A DNA stretch of 64,000 nucleotides from Escherichia phage IME178. How positions within the stretch are numbered: the first letter of the stretch is position 1; each line of letters begins with the position of its first letter. Location: sequence record NC_104190.1. One strand, written 5' to 3'. The translations under genes and the position numbers were made by a program. The notes under the pieces are model-generated. The model had not been told where the DNA came from and made no database searches. It was given only the letters and a program-made list of their open reading frames with translations. This document shows positions 43,084 to 53,430 of the stretch, piece by piece.

Positions 43084-43142
43084 TTATTTTTCCCAATAAA
43101 AAAGGAGAGCCGAAGCTCTCCTTATCGGCTGAAAAGCCTGTA

Positions 43143-44519
43143 TTAAGATGCAGCGTAAGTACCGGATACAACGCCGTTATTAAAGTAACGTTGCAGGTTA
43201 ACACGCTGGGTAACGTAGTACGCGTCACGCTGTTTACCAGCTTGGCGCTCACGTTCAACAGTAACAGCACGCTGACGCGGCATTACAAAGTTATCTTTAT
43301 AAACGATAACTGCGAATTCTGCGGAAGCAGCTTTAGCAGGGAAGTATTCAGAAACTACAACTGGCAGACCATAAATACGACCAACCTGACCTTGCAGTTT
43401 AACAGCATCGTTACCAACCTGTGCAACATCCTGCCATTCTTCATCTTCCAGCAGATCGTAATAAGCATCCATAGATACGATCAGTACTAGTTTGCTAAGT
43501 TTCAGACCATGACGGCCCAGTTTACGACGCAGTTTAGAAATAGTTTTAGCAGTTACTAATACAGAACCATCAGCTTTAGCCTCGGTAACAACCTTAGCAC
43601 TATCTTCGCTAGCAAGGGTCAGCAGACCTTTCGGCTTACCAGAACCATCACCAGTCATGAAAGCTTCTTCGATAGAAACAGCGTGTGCTTCAATCAGGCG
43701 TTTACGCAGCAGAGGCAGCAGAGAGAAGATTGCATCTTCTTCAGTTTCATCAGTAATGAAGGACTTAGCAGCTAATTTGTAAGTACTGAAATGAATTTCA
43801 GTCAGAGCACCTTTAACTTCTTCACCAGTAGTTGCATCAGTACCATAAGTAGAAGCAGCAACCCAAGTAGCTTTACCAGCATCTGGTTCAACTAGCATAG
43901 TAAGAATCTTACTAGACATCGGCAATTCTTCGAACAGTGCACCAACTACCAGCTCTTTCTGCAGATCACGAATGATACGCTGGGAGAAAATAGTTTCATA
44001 GTTTTCACTAGAAACCTGAACTGAAGAAGAGGTGTTTACAGCTTTAAGGTGATTCTGACCATGTTCAGTTTCGAATACGCCTTTTTCCATTACATAAGAT
44101 AGCAGAACTAGTTTTTCAACTTCATCTTCGAAAGCTTCCTGAGTACCATACAGTGCTTTAGCTACGCTATCACCGACGAAGGAACGTCCTTCACGAGCTG
44201 CCAGTAGAGATTTGATTTCGTCCTGAAGACCAACAATAGTTTCCTGTTGTTTTTCTACAGTCTGTGCAAACAGTTCTGCGCTCTTTTTAGATTTTTCATC
44301 CAGGGATTTAACCAGTTCCAGAGCTTCTTCTAGCTTCTGACGATCTTCGCCAACTGCTTTAGAAACCAGATCATTCATACGAGCCAGTTCTTTTTCTTCC
44401 TGCTCTTTACGCATACGTTCAGCTTCAGCAGCTTTCTGAGCAGCGGTCAGACCTTCCAGAGATTTAGCCAGATCACCCAGACCAAGTTCTTCTTTCAGCT
44501 TATTAATATCAATAGTCAT
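43143..44519 (-). CDS. major capsid protein (pb8-like) with N-terminal scaffolding delta domain
   Basis: 458 aa (the length of T5 pb8); coiled-coil N-terminal ~150 aa, HK97-fold-like remainder; strongly optimal codons. Confidence 0.85.
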   Translation of the reverse strand: MTIDINKLKEELGLGDLAKSLEGLTAAQKAAEAERMRKEQEEKELARMNDLVSKAVGEDRQKLEEALELVKSLDEKSKKSAELFAQTVEKQQETIVGLQDEIKSLLAAREGRSFVGDSVAKALYGTQEAFEDEVEKLVLLSYVMEKGVFETEHGQNHLKAVNTSSSVQVSSENYETIFSQRIIRDLQKELVVGALFEELPMSSKILTMLVEPDAGKATWVAASTYGTDATTGEEVKGALTEIHFSTYKLAAKSFITDETEEDAIFSLLPLLRKRLIEAHAVSIEEAFMTGDGSGKPKGLLTLASEDSAKVVTEAKADGSVLVTAKTISKLRRKLGRHGLKLSKLVLIVSMDAYYDLLEDEEWQDVAQVGNDAVKLQGQVGRIYGLPVVVSEYFPAKAASAEFAVIVYKDNFVMPRQRAVTVERERQAGKQRDAYYVTQRVNLQRYFNNGVVSGTYAAS

Positions 44520-44536
44520 TTTTAAATAATTCTCCG

Positions 44537-45168
44537 TTATTCTTTAACGTAGCCTAAAGCTATCGCAAGTTTTTCTAGTTCAGAAAGATTACGTTCTTGA
44601 GCTGGGACAGCTTTAGAACTTATTGCAGTAAAAGATTTACGCCATTCAGTGTAATCATGACCATTCATGCTCTTAGCGAGATTGAATGTTGAGTCCTGAT
44701 TACAAGGTACAGAAACTACCGAACTTCGTATAGTTCTAAATCTTTAATAATAAATATATCAGTAGCTTCATCCCACTCTGCATCTAGGCAGCGGAATCCG
44801 ATACTAAAAGTTTTCAGTACACCGTTTCTAATTAGTGAAAAGATAGCCGGATCAGAACTTTCATAGATCTCGCATTCGATTTCGAGACCCATTTCAGTAG
44901 GGTTAAGATCAATACACTTGCCGATTGGACGACGATGGTCGTGTCCGAAAAGAATAATCGGGTTTTTCATATAGTTAGCAAGTGCATTAGATGTTTTCCA
45001 TGCCGAAGCAGGAATTACATCACCAGCACGATCTTTACTAATTGTATTAGCGAATCCACGGATCTTTACAACACCTTCTTTGGATTCGCTATCAATAGAT
45101 TTAATATAAGCATCTAAATGAACCGGTGCTGATTTTAACTTGTTATAGTCAATAGCAGCTTGTGTCAT
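44537..45168 (-). CDS. prohead protease (pb11-like); frame break near 44716-44730
   Basis: Track ORF 45168..44716 (150 aa, GHDH motif); coding continues in another frame to a stop at 44537; span 210 codons + stop less one base. Confidence 0.55.
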
Positions 45169-45171
45169 TTA

Positions 45172-45657
45172 TTAGCCTCCAGGAACAGTAGGATTAACTG
45201 TTACAGCACATGCAGTAGAATCCTTACTTACTTGCTTACTATCTGTTACAGTTACTTTATAAGAGCCGGCATCCTCAGCTGCTGCTGTAGGCTTAGTATA
45301 GGTAGCTCCTGAAGCATCCGGAATCGGAGAACCATCTTTAGTCCATGCGTAAGTATATGGACCAGTACCACCAGCTGCAGTAACAGAAAGTGTTAATGCT
45401 GCTCCCTCTTCAACGGACGTGCTAGCAGTTAAATCTTTAGAAAGAGTTAATGGGGGAGCAGGAGGAACTGCTTTACCATATGCCTCTACAAATTTCTTCC
45501 ATACTTTGCGGTTAGTATGCGCAGATGAAAGTCCTAGTTCTCTACGCAGAAAAGCATAGCTAGGAACATATTTATGCGCAGCAACCGTAGCAAAGAAGAT
45601 ATGAGATTCTGGTAGTTTTTCACCAAAAATGGTCTTTAGACCACTATAATCAATCAT
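45172..45657 (-). CDS. capsid decoration protein with Ig-like domain (pb10-like)
   Basis: 161 aa; C-terminal Ig-like segment (LTLSVTAAGGTGPYTYAWTKDGSPI...SYKVTVTD). Confidence 0.6.
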   Translation of the reverse strand: MIDYSGLKTIFGEKLPESHIFFATVAAHKYVPSYAFLRRELGLSSAHTNRKVWKKFVEAYGKAVPPAPPLTLSKDLTASTSVEEGAALTLSVTAAGGTGPYTYAWTKDGSPIPDASGATYTKPTAAAEDAGSYKVTVTDSKQVSKDSTACAVTVNPTVPGG

Positions 45658-46871
45658 TCTTTATCTCCCTCGGTGGAACCTTGAGGTCTACCACCTTCTT
45701 GACCGGATACGCCTGTTGCAGAACCAGCGACGTTAGCAGGAATACGAATCTTATTCATCTGCTCATCATCTAAAGGCTCAAGGTTCAGCTCTAAACGAGC
45801 TTCGTTACCAGTTATAATACCATTATTAACCAATGAGGTTAAATGTTTAGCCTCAGATTCTTTATCTGGTGTTAATGCAGCTACTTCCTTAGTATTAGGA
45901 GTAATCTTATAACCAAAAAAGAAAGTAAGAGAACTAGTCAGCTTGTTCAGCATAGGGATGATAGTCATGTAATAGAACAGTTCGATGTTTGGTCGAATGT
46001 TCGCGTTATTACCACCATCAAGTAGCACTTGCGGAACACCAAAGGCTAGACAGATAGATTTATTAAATCCTTCGATGTCTTCCTTAAAGTCTAGATCTTT
46101 AAAAGAGGATATTTGGGAGTACGGTTTAGCTTTCATACCACCATCTAGAATCAGGACAGAAGACTGACCCGTACTAGGATTATAATCGAGTTGTAATTCT
46201 TCTTGTTTACGCTCACGCAATTTCTTGTTCAGAATTTCATCCGTCTCAAGAATAAGACCAATCACGGTTCCGTTATCGAGAAACTTCTCTTTAAAGTTAA
46301 GCATCTTGGAACGCTTCTCAAGAGAATCAATAACAGTAGCAACACGAGATTGTCCAGAAATTTGAGAATTTGTGCCACACACGTAACTGTTATCCTTTAT
46401 AAAGATAATCTCATCTACGCGATAGTCTATCTGGTTATTAAATATAAATTTTTTGATAAACTTATTGGCATCTGCCTCTACTTGCATTAGTGCAGCAGGG
46501 ACATGATAAAGTGCTGTGCCATCCCAATAGATGTATGCACAACCTTCAAAAAGTAGGTCAGTGACTACAAGTCTACGGAATGTGCTTATATCCATGAATG
46601 GATTAGGTCGTACATTTAAGAGAGTGTCTAGAGTCTTTGCCTTGATGCCATTGGCATACGTGACAATATTATATTTATCTCCGACAGTATAAGAACACTC
46701 CGCCGCACTATCTATAACCATATTAGCAGTTCTATTGAGAATCTCAATTTTACTGTAGGCTTGTCCAGTGGTAAAAGGCTTACGGTTAGTGCGATGACTA
46801 ACTGGTTCCATGTCTCTTATAATACGTTGACCCGGATTTAGCTTTTCAGTAATCCAGCTTTTAAAACCCAT
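45654..46871 (-). CDS. portal protein
   Basis: 405-aa ORF between terminase and protease genes; acidic C-terminus. Confidence 0.75.
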   Translation of the reverse strand: MGFKSWITEKLNPGQRIIRDMEPVSHRTNRKPFTTGQAYSKIEILNRTANMVIDSAAECSYTVGDKYNIVTYANGIKAKTLDTLLNVRPNPFMDISTFRRLVVTDLLFEGCAYIYWDGTALYHVPAALMQVEADANKFIKKFIFNNQIDYRVDEIIFIKDNSYVCGTNSQISGQSRVATVIDSLEKRSKMLNFKEKFLDNGTVIGLILETDEILNKKLRERKQEELQLDYNPSTGQSSVLILDGGMKAKPYSQISSFKDLDFKEDIEGFNKSICLAFGVPQVLLDGGNNANIRPNIELFYYMTIIPMLNKLTSSLTFFFGYKITPNTKEVAALTPDKESEAKHLTSLVNNGIITGNEARLELNLEPLDDEQMNKIRIPANVAGSATGVSGQEGGRPQGSTEGDKE

Positions 46872-47308
46872 TATAAGAACCTTGCGAATCCTGATTTTGT
46901 TTCAGTCTTGACTTGTGTCTTTTCTTGAGGATTCTGTAATTTGTCTTTCTGCTTTTGAACCCACACTTTTTGCTTATTAGCAGAAAATAAAGGAGGTTCT
47001 TTTGTGTAAACCTTATGTAATAATTGGTGATGGTGTACACAAAGGGTAACAGTGTCTTCTACTAGCTCATGCCTATATCGATCATAGAATGCCGTCCTAT
47101 TTGAAAGGACTATTTCTTCGTCAGTGAAATCCAATTGGAGTTCTTTAGCAAATTTTTTAACTAGTAGAGACACCGTATGGTAATGATGAAGCTCTAATTC
47201 TTCAGCACAACCGCAGATAGCACATTGAGAGTCTTTTTTATATTGACTTTTTATTCCGTCTCTCATAAGGGATATAGCATCGCGTTTATATTTTATATTG
47301 CTTGCCAT
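46871..47308 (-). CDS. HNH endonuclease-like zinc-binding protein
   Basis: CAICGC...HHYH...CVHHHQLLH motifs; ATG at 47308 follows RBS GAGGAG (track ORF 46871..47395). Confidence 0.6.
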   Translation of the reverse strand: MASNIKYKRDAISLMRDGIKSQYKKDSQCAICGCAEELELHHYHTVSLLVKKFAKELQLDFTDEEIVLSNRTAFYDRYRHELVEDTVTLCVHHHQLLHKVYTKEPPLFSANKQKVWVQKQKDKLQNPQEKTQVKTETKSGFARFL

Positions 47309-47422
47309 AGTGTTCTCCTCAACTGTATGAATATAGTATACATAATCGTATCGAATTTGTAAAGGGGATTTTAAAATGCAGGAATGGGATACCAACTGAG
47401 TAGTATCCCTTCCTATACTTAT

Positions 47423-48739
47423 TTATTTACCACGGGAAATAGAGTAAATTCCATAGCGCAGAGCATCACAGAGGTGAGAGTTAGCATCATGACGTGGTTT
47501 TTCACGTGATAATTTTTCTTCACCTTCTTGGAAATCCCACTTGTAATTCTGCAATGCGTGAATTAATGAGGAACATGAAGCATCCACAATAATCTTGCCT
47601 TGTTGGAATAGTGCTTGCAAGCATGCTAGACCATCTAGGACAGATTTTTTAGCTGGAGCTGATGCAATTTCATGTTCATAAGCTAAGTCCTGACGGAACT
47701 GAGCTGCTGCAGAGTCAACAAAAATACGATCAACTTTATAACGATCTATACAGTGCTGAATATACGCAGCATGTTGCGCTGTAGTTTTCTCCGCCTGCTG
47801 GTACTCTTCTAATACATAGTAAGTATCTGTATCATAGTGGTACTTAATAGTAAGAACTGCTGTAGGATCACGATAACCAACGTCAATACCAAGCAACGTT
47901 TCGAATGCTTCATCATCTTTAAAGAAGTGACGCATACCTTTGAGATCTTTAACATGGTCGATGGCATTAAAGGTATCGAAGATCTGACCTTCGAATACAG
48001 AAAAGTCAGCCTCATATTCCTGGCGGAAGTAGTTTTTACTAACTGTGCGACGTGCTTCTTCGATATCATTCAGATCAGCACGTGGGTTATCACGATATGT
48101 ACCATGAATAGATACCCAGTTAGGTAATGTATCATCAAATCCATAGGCGTAAAACTCTTTAAACCAGTTACCCCCACGAGGAGTGGAAATAAATAGAGCC
48201 TTAGAATTAGGCTTATCTAGAGTAGGACGCAACTGAACTCTAAAGGCATCACCACCCACATCTGAAATTGCCGCCTCATCGAATATGATAAAGTCATATG
48301 AACGTCCAACTGCGGAGTCAGCCTGCGCCGCAGAAGCTAGTTTAAACAGAGAACCATTAGCCAACTCTATTTCTTTATCTTTAGCGTTTTCACGTTCAGT
48401 TTGTAGGCCATACTTCTTAATAAGACCACGAATCTGAGACCATCCAATGTTGGCCAGTGAGTAGTTAGGAGCAACTACTAGCACCTTTACGTTAGGCTCC
48501 AGCAATTTTAGGAATCCAAGTGTATATGCTATAAAGGATTTGCCTACACGGCGTGACACACACGCCGTTACAAAACGATGTCTAGGGTCCTCTAAAGCAT
48601 TGATGATTGCTATTTGAGGACCATTAGGTGTAATACCTTCTTGTGCTAGTATTCCTGAAACAGGTAGACGAAAGAAACGTTTATCTATCCCGAAATCAAT
48701 AACATCTACTGTGTTAACGTAGGGTCTTGATACTTCCAT
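47423..48739 (-). CDS. terminase large subunit
   Basis: 438 aa (the length of T5 TerL); Walker A-like VSRRVGKS, Walker B IIFDEAA, C-terminal nuclease-like region. Confidence 0.85.
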   Translation of the reverse strand: MEVSRPYVNTVDVIDFGIDKRFFRLPVSGILAQEGITPNGPQIAIINALEDPRHRFVTACVSRRVGKSFIAYTLGFLKLLEPNVKVLVVAPNYSLANIGWSQIRGLIKKYGLQTERENAKDKEIELANGSLFKLASAAQADSAVGRSYDFIIFDEAAISDVGGDAFRVQLRPTLDKPNSKALFISTPRGGNWFKEFYAYGFDDTLPNWVSIHGTYRDNPRADLNDIEEARRTVSKNYFRQEYEADFSVFEGQIFDTFNAIDHVKDLKGMRHFFKDDEAFETLLGIDVGYRDPTAVLTIKYHYDTDTYYVLEEYQQAEKTTAQHAAYIQHCIDRYKVDRIFVDSAAAQFRQDLAYEHEIASAPAKKSVLDGLACLQALFQQGKIIVDASCSSLIHALQNYKWDFQEGEEKLSREKPRHDANSHLCDALRYGIYSISRGK

Positions 48740-49221
48740 TACTTCTTACCTCCAGTAGCTAGGGAAGTAATTAAGTCCATGTAGTTTTGATCCCCAGCTC
48801 CAGCAATAATATTATTCTGGATATTGGTCTGGTTAGCTGGAGTACGGGCTGCTGCCTTCACTTTCTCCAATTCTACCATCATTTTCATTTCTTCCATCTT
48901 CATCTTGTGTGCCTTCCAGAGAATGTCCATAATATCCTGGTCAGAACCCATGCCGGTTTCTTCTAGTTCCTCTAGTTTACGCTTAATAACTTCATCTAGA
49001 ACACCAAACAAACGATCTCTGTTACGGAATCCACTTTCCATAAAAATATCGTTTAAGTAGTTCTTAACTTCGCTACGATTCATAATATCTCGGAAAGCAA
49101 TTTCGGACATTCCAAGACTACGTGCGGCAGAAGGCACATCACTCCCGCACTGTAAATAAGCTTCAATCACATCCATCCCTTCAGGGGACATAAGATCTGG
49201 TACTAATACATCATTTGCCAT
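48739..49221 (-). CDS. putative terminase small subunit / DNA-binding protein
   Basis: 160 aa with N-terminal HTH-like segment ([22 protein letters not shown]); directly upstream of TerL with start/stop overlap. Confidence 0.45.
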
Positions 49222-49231
49222 ATTTCCTCCT

Positions 49232-50989
49232 TTAGGTAAGGCGTTGAACTGTTACTCTTAATCTAGGTAGGAAAACTGCACTACCTAAACTTACGTGCAT
49301 AACTACCCCTAACTCTACATTTCCGTTCCCCAGATTTTTAGCAGTGTATATAAAACTATTTCTACTTAGGGCATTGTTAGGTGTGTATCTAAAAGCAGAT
49401 GTAGTATGAAAAGGTACTAAATACCCTACTGGTAGTGTTAAAATCTGGTGGAATATCGCGTCTCCATTGCTATAACTATATGCTCTTCTTCCTTGCACTT
49501 GAAACACACCGTTATTCCATGTATTAGCAGGAACACCTGCACAGTTAAGATTACCTGATATAACTTCAGTGGTAAGAATTACTGTAGCATTGCCACCCGG
49601 TATACCTAGCCCAATAGTTGATAAACCAACGTATCTATCTCCTGTTCCCGGGTAGCTAGGAGTAATATCATCTCCCATATAAGAACTACCTACATTTCCA
49701 CCAAAAAGTCGTAATGGAACTGCTGAAGGCCCCCAAACAACCCCGTGTTCATTACCGATAGTATTATCATTAGAGTTTACGTACCATTGCTTACCAGCTC
49801 CGAATTTGTAAATACTAATTTGAGACTTAGCCCCTCCATAGTCTACAGGAGACCATAAACTCCCGTTACTAGAACCTACAAGTTCACACCTTGCAGTGGT
49901 ATCCCCAAAGGCCCCAGTGTACGCTGCATTATTTCCAATATATTCCATATCTGGTCTATAACCTAAGTTACCGAAAGCGTTCTGGTTAATAAACTTGTAT
50001 CCAGTATTGGGAAGACTAACCCCTTTAATTATGAAATTAGAAGGAGATATAAGAATATCTGAACCAGTAAAAGGATTACCAGAGATACTCATACCACCAT
50101 TTGAGTATCTTAAATTCAAAACGTACCAAATAACTTTAGTAGGGGTTATGTTATACCAATCCTGTAATATTGTAGCGTTACCAGATTGGTTAGCTAAATT
50201 AGTTGTAGAACCCCTACAAACAAATCTGTTACCTCCATCATGATACATAGTATTTACATTACCAGGAAGACCTTGTCTTACCCCACCATACCCACGTATG
50301 TTAGAGTTACAAACATAAAACCAATCGTGCCCTCTGTGTGCTGATCCTAAAGGAGACATCCATCCTGGGTCCCAGTAATATTGGTTATTACCATCTATAG
50401 GTACTGTACTACTATTAGTAGGGAATCCTAACTGTGCAAAAGCTTCTGCAACAGTAATACCTACTGGAGCTCCTGCACCTGGCCTAACTATACCATGATA
50501 CGTACTATGTAAGGTAGTACCCCCTGTACCATTCCTAGAAATAGATTCTTCATGTCCTATAGATGGATTATAGTTATATGTACCAGATGCCAGGCTATTA
50601 CCAAATGCAAATCCACTAGTCTGGGAAACACTAGCAAAAGATCTAAAAGGATCTGCTTGAGTGGCAACTATAGTTTGACCCACCTTACTCTGAGTACCAT
50701 TAAGAAAAGCCCTATGAGTACCATTTATCTCAATAGCAGTTAGTATAACTCTACCAGGATCGTTAGATTTAATATTTATTATGTCAGCGGGCATTTGACA
50801 TACAAAAAACCCATTACCGGCATCACCTAACCCAGACTCATAAGTACCATCAACTAGGACAAATGGCATGTCACTATGAAAAATACTATTGGCATTTGGA
50901 CTATAGTGACGATTAATGTCACCACCAGATTCAGTATTTAAAGATAGTACGGTCTTACCATCGCTATATTTTCCAGCGAAAAAACCCAT
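49232..50989 (-). CDS. receptor-binding tail protein (pb5-like)
   Basis: 585-aa Gly/Asn/Ser/Thr-rich protein encoded divergently from a lipoprotein gene, the arrangement known for T5 oad(pb5)/llp. Confidence 0.6.
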
Positions 50990-51014
50990 ATAATCTCCTA
51001 TTATAAAAATGTAT

Positions 51015-51043
51015 TTGCTTTCATCCCTCTATTTTGCTATAAT
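51015..51043 (+). promoter_or_regulatory. sigma70-type early promoter (TTGCTT-17-TATAAT) with conserved ATAAATTAGAAATGGAGAGA leader, driving llp
   Basis: Same promoter family as the replication genes, in the divergent pb5/llp intergenic region. Confidence 0.5.
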
Positions 51044-51074
51044 AGATTCATAAATTAGAAATGGAGAGATAAAT

Positions 51075-51341
51075 ATGAAAAAGTTTGTGATTGCACTAGT
51101 TGCCGCAGTTATGTTATCTGGTTGTGCACCTGCTCCCAAACCATTTTGTACTGGATTTGTAAAATCTTTTGGGGGTGCGGGAGAAGAACATTATGGCCTC
51201 AAGGTTCAAAAAGTTCGTATTAAGGGAGATCGCTTCCCAGTAGTACAACTCCGTACTAAATTTGGGTGGTGGGATCTCAGTCAGTTTGACCTTAAATATG
51301 GTGATTGTAAATTTAAACTAGAGCAATCTAACTACCTGTAA
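51075..51341 (+). CDS. llp: Llp-like lytic-conversion lipoprotein
   Basis: 88 aa with signal peptide and lipobox LSGC; divergent from the receptor-binding gene. Confidence 0.65.
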   Translation: MKKFVIALVAAVMLSGCAPAPKPFCTGFVKSFGGAGEEHYGLKVQKVRIKGDRFPVVQLRTKFGWWDLSQFDLKYGDCKFKLEQSNYL

Positions 51342-51518
51342 TTAGTATAAAGCAAAAAGACATCTAAGTAAACTAAATTTTTTATTTTTTGGACGGTATA
51401 TTGGCAGAAACCACTATGTAAGAAAAGTAGAAGTCCTTCTAGGAAGTCACAAGCATGGTTGGTTGTGCACAAATTATAAAATAATTTAAAATACCACATT
51501 TATTGGAGCATGAAAGAT

Positions 51519-51647
51519 ATGTCAAATAAAAGAAAGAACAGGCGTGGAGAAGTTTACGAAGCGTGGATTAATATTTACGGATTTGGTTTTGTATTATTCC
51601 TAATCTTCGTAGGTTTTTGGTTAGCAGCTATGGCGGGGTGGATCTAA
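51519..51647 (+). CDS. small single-pass membrane protein (42 aa)
   Basis: MSNKRKNRRGEVYEAW then hydrophobic helix; below the ORF-track length cutoff. Confidence 0.4.
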   Translation: MSNKRKNRRGEVYEAWINIYGFGFVLFLIFVGFWLAAMAGWI

Positions 51648-51802
51648 TGGAATGGGTAATTATTGGCATATTCGTCTTATTGATACTTATCTTTGTAGGC
51701 TTACGTGTAATAGATACCTCTATAACCCAAACAGAGATTAAATTAATGCAGTTGAGCAATAGATTATCTAGAATTGAGACTTTATTAGAGGAGCGTAAAT
51801 AA
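51647..51802 (+). CDS. small membrane protein, MEWVII family member 1
   Basis: MEWVIIGIFVLLILIFVG...RIETLLEERK; ATG overlaps previous stop. Confidence 0.5.
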   Translation: MEWVIIGIFVLLILIFVGLRVIDTSITQTEIKLMQLSNRLSRIETLLEERK

Positions 51803-51909
51803 TGGAATGGGTAATTATTGCACTACTAGGGATTGTGATTATCGGGCAGTGTATTTTAGATAATCATCTAGCTAGAATTGAAACCTTATTATTGGAGAAA
51901 CGTAAATGA
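51802..51909 (+). CDS. small membrane protein, MEWVII family member 2 (35 aa)
   Basis: MEWVIIALLGIVIIGQ...RIETLLLEKRK; paralogue of the preceding ORF. Confidence 0.45.
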   Translation: MEWVIIALLGIVIIGQCILDNHLARIETLLLEKRK

Positions 51910-52100
51910 TGGAAGCGGCAATTACACTAATGGTAATATTAGTTTGGATAATCTTTATTGCCTCTCGTATTGTGTACGTTCGCCTAAAAACTCTAGAAGC
52001 CCAGGTAAAACAACAACAAGTTGCTCTAGAAAAGCTAGTATTACTCCAACGTTGTGATAGCACCCGTATTCTGCAAATTGAGAGGGAATTAGATGTTTAG
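51906..52100 (+). CDS. small membrane protein (64 aa)
   Basis: N-terminal TM helix then coiled charged tail; ATGA overlap. Confidence 0.5.
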   Translation: MMEAAITLMVILVWIIFIASRIVYVRLKTLEAQVKQQQVALEKLVLLQRCDSTRILQIERELDV

Positions 52101-52338
52101 TATTGTAATTGCTTTTATTATCGGGATACTCGCGGGAGTTTTCGGAACAACTGCGGCAATTAACAAGCATCGGGAATATATTGCGGGAGTGACGCGGGAG
52201 ATTGCGGAAAGGGAGCGGAAGTTTGACGAGAAACGTGCGGAGTTTGAACGAGAATGGTCGGATGGTTCTCGGGCGTCGCGGAAGAGATTTCGCATGTCAG
52301 AATCAGGAGACAAGCCGGTAGACAGGAGAAGCTCATGA
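52093..52338 (+). CDS. small membrane protein with charged C-terminal tail (81 aa)
   Basis: TM helix MFSIVIAFIIGILAGVFG then Arg/Glu-rich tail. Confidence 0.5.
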   Translation: MFSIVIAFIIGILAGVFGTTAAINKHREYIAGVTREIAERERKFDEKRAEFEREWSDGSRASRKRFRMSESGDKPVDRRSS

Positions 52339-52538
52339 AAGAATTCGGGCAGTTTAAAATAACCCAAGAAAAACTAGAAAAGATGGGTATCACCCAAAAG
52401 ATGCTACAGGTTTTTCCTAAGTCTTCGGAAATTCCAGAAGGATTTATGAGGTTTTATGAAGCTATAGAGTACATTAATAATCTTGTTAAAACGGACCCTA
52501 CGTGGCAATCAGTTCTCAAGCAGTTAGCCCATAAATAG
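52335..52538 (+). CDS. hypothetical protein (67 aa)
   Basis: ATG 52335 six nt after AGGAG (track 52254..52538). Confidence 0.45.
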   Translation: MKEFGQFKITQEKLEKMGITQKMLQVFPKSSEIPEGFMRFYEAIEYINNLVKTDPTWQSVLKQLAHK

Positions 52539-52695
52539 CGCTAATTACCAATCCTCCAAATTTCATAAGATTACACATGGAGGTGTGTCCAGTGGCCCCC
52601 CAGATGAGAATGAGTCTCATTACCGCCCGGTACTTAGCAGGCTAATAGTCACGGCATGTTACCATTACACACCGTGACTATTTCAACTTTAATTA

Positions 52696-53430
52696 TTACG
52701 CAACTTTTAATTTCTCAATATATTGTTGCGGGCTGCAACTATATTCTGCGCGTTCTTCCTCGGTCATACCTTCCCAGCATAATTTCAAACGATCAGCTAG
52801 GAACTGATAATCATTATCATCGTCGAGAGATTCATCAATAAAGGTTTCACCTATCAATGCCACGCCGATTGATAGAATATCATTAACGGCTTGTGCGTCC
52901 AGCGTTTTAAATCCGTATGACGCTGCCGCTGATAACACGCCTTTATGATCATCAATCATTGTAAATTCAGCGTTCGGATATAACTGTTTAAATAACTCAA
53001 AATAATAAGATTTATATACTGCGTCTTTACTATGGTAAATTTCGCTAACCTTATCAGCTTTAAAATATTTATGCAGTGTATCACGGGAAAATACGCGAAT
53101 ATTGCTTTTATCACGACCGCGTAAACCTTGTTTGCGCAGGAAGTAATAATCTGATTTGCTCATTAGTCGAGCGGTACAAATAATGTTTAAAGTATTTGCG
53201 TCATTCATGCACTGGCGCATGTATTCAACTAATGGTAATAATGTATCTTGCATTATTAAATGATGTTTGCAGGCTTCATTTTTATATTTATTTAAATCTA
53301 AATTGCCCTCATTATCAAAGCAAGGCGCTACACGATGGAAAGAATTAACGATAGTGCCGTCTAAATCCCAAATCATAACGCGGGAAATATGCGGGAAGCT
53401 GCGGGAAATGTTCATAATAGCTTTATTCAT
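52696..53430 (-). CDS. dmp: 5'-deoxyribonucleotidase (dmp-like, HAD family)
   Basis: 244 aa with HAD motif I WDLDGT; same length as T5 Dmp; lies in the pre-early block. Confidence 0.7.
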   Translation of the reverse strand: MNKAIMNISRSFPHISRVMIWDLDGTIVNSFHRVAPCFDNEGNLDLNKYKNEACKHHLIMQDTLLPLVEYMRQCMNDANTLNIICTARLMSKSDYYFLRKQGLRGRDKSNIRVFSRDTLHKYFKADKVSEIYHSKDAVYKSYYFELFKQLYPNAEFTMIDDHKGVLSAAASYGFKTLDAQAVNDILSIGVALIGETFIDESLDDDNDYQFLADRLKLCWEGMTEEERAEYSCSPQQYIEKLKVA

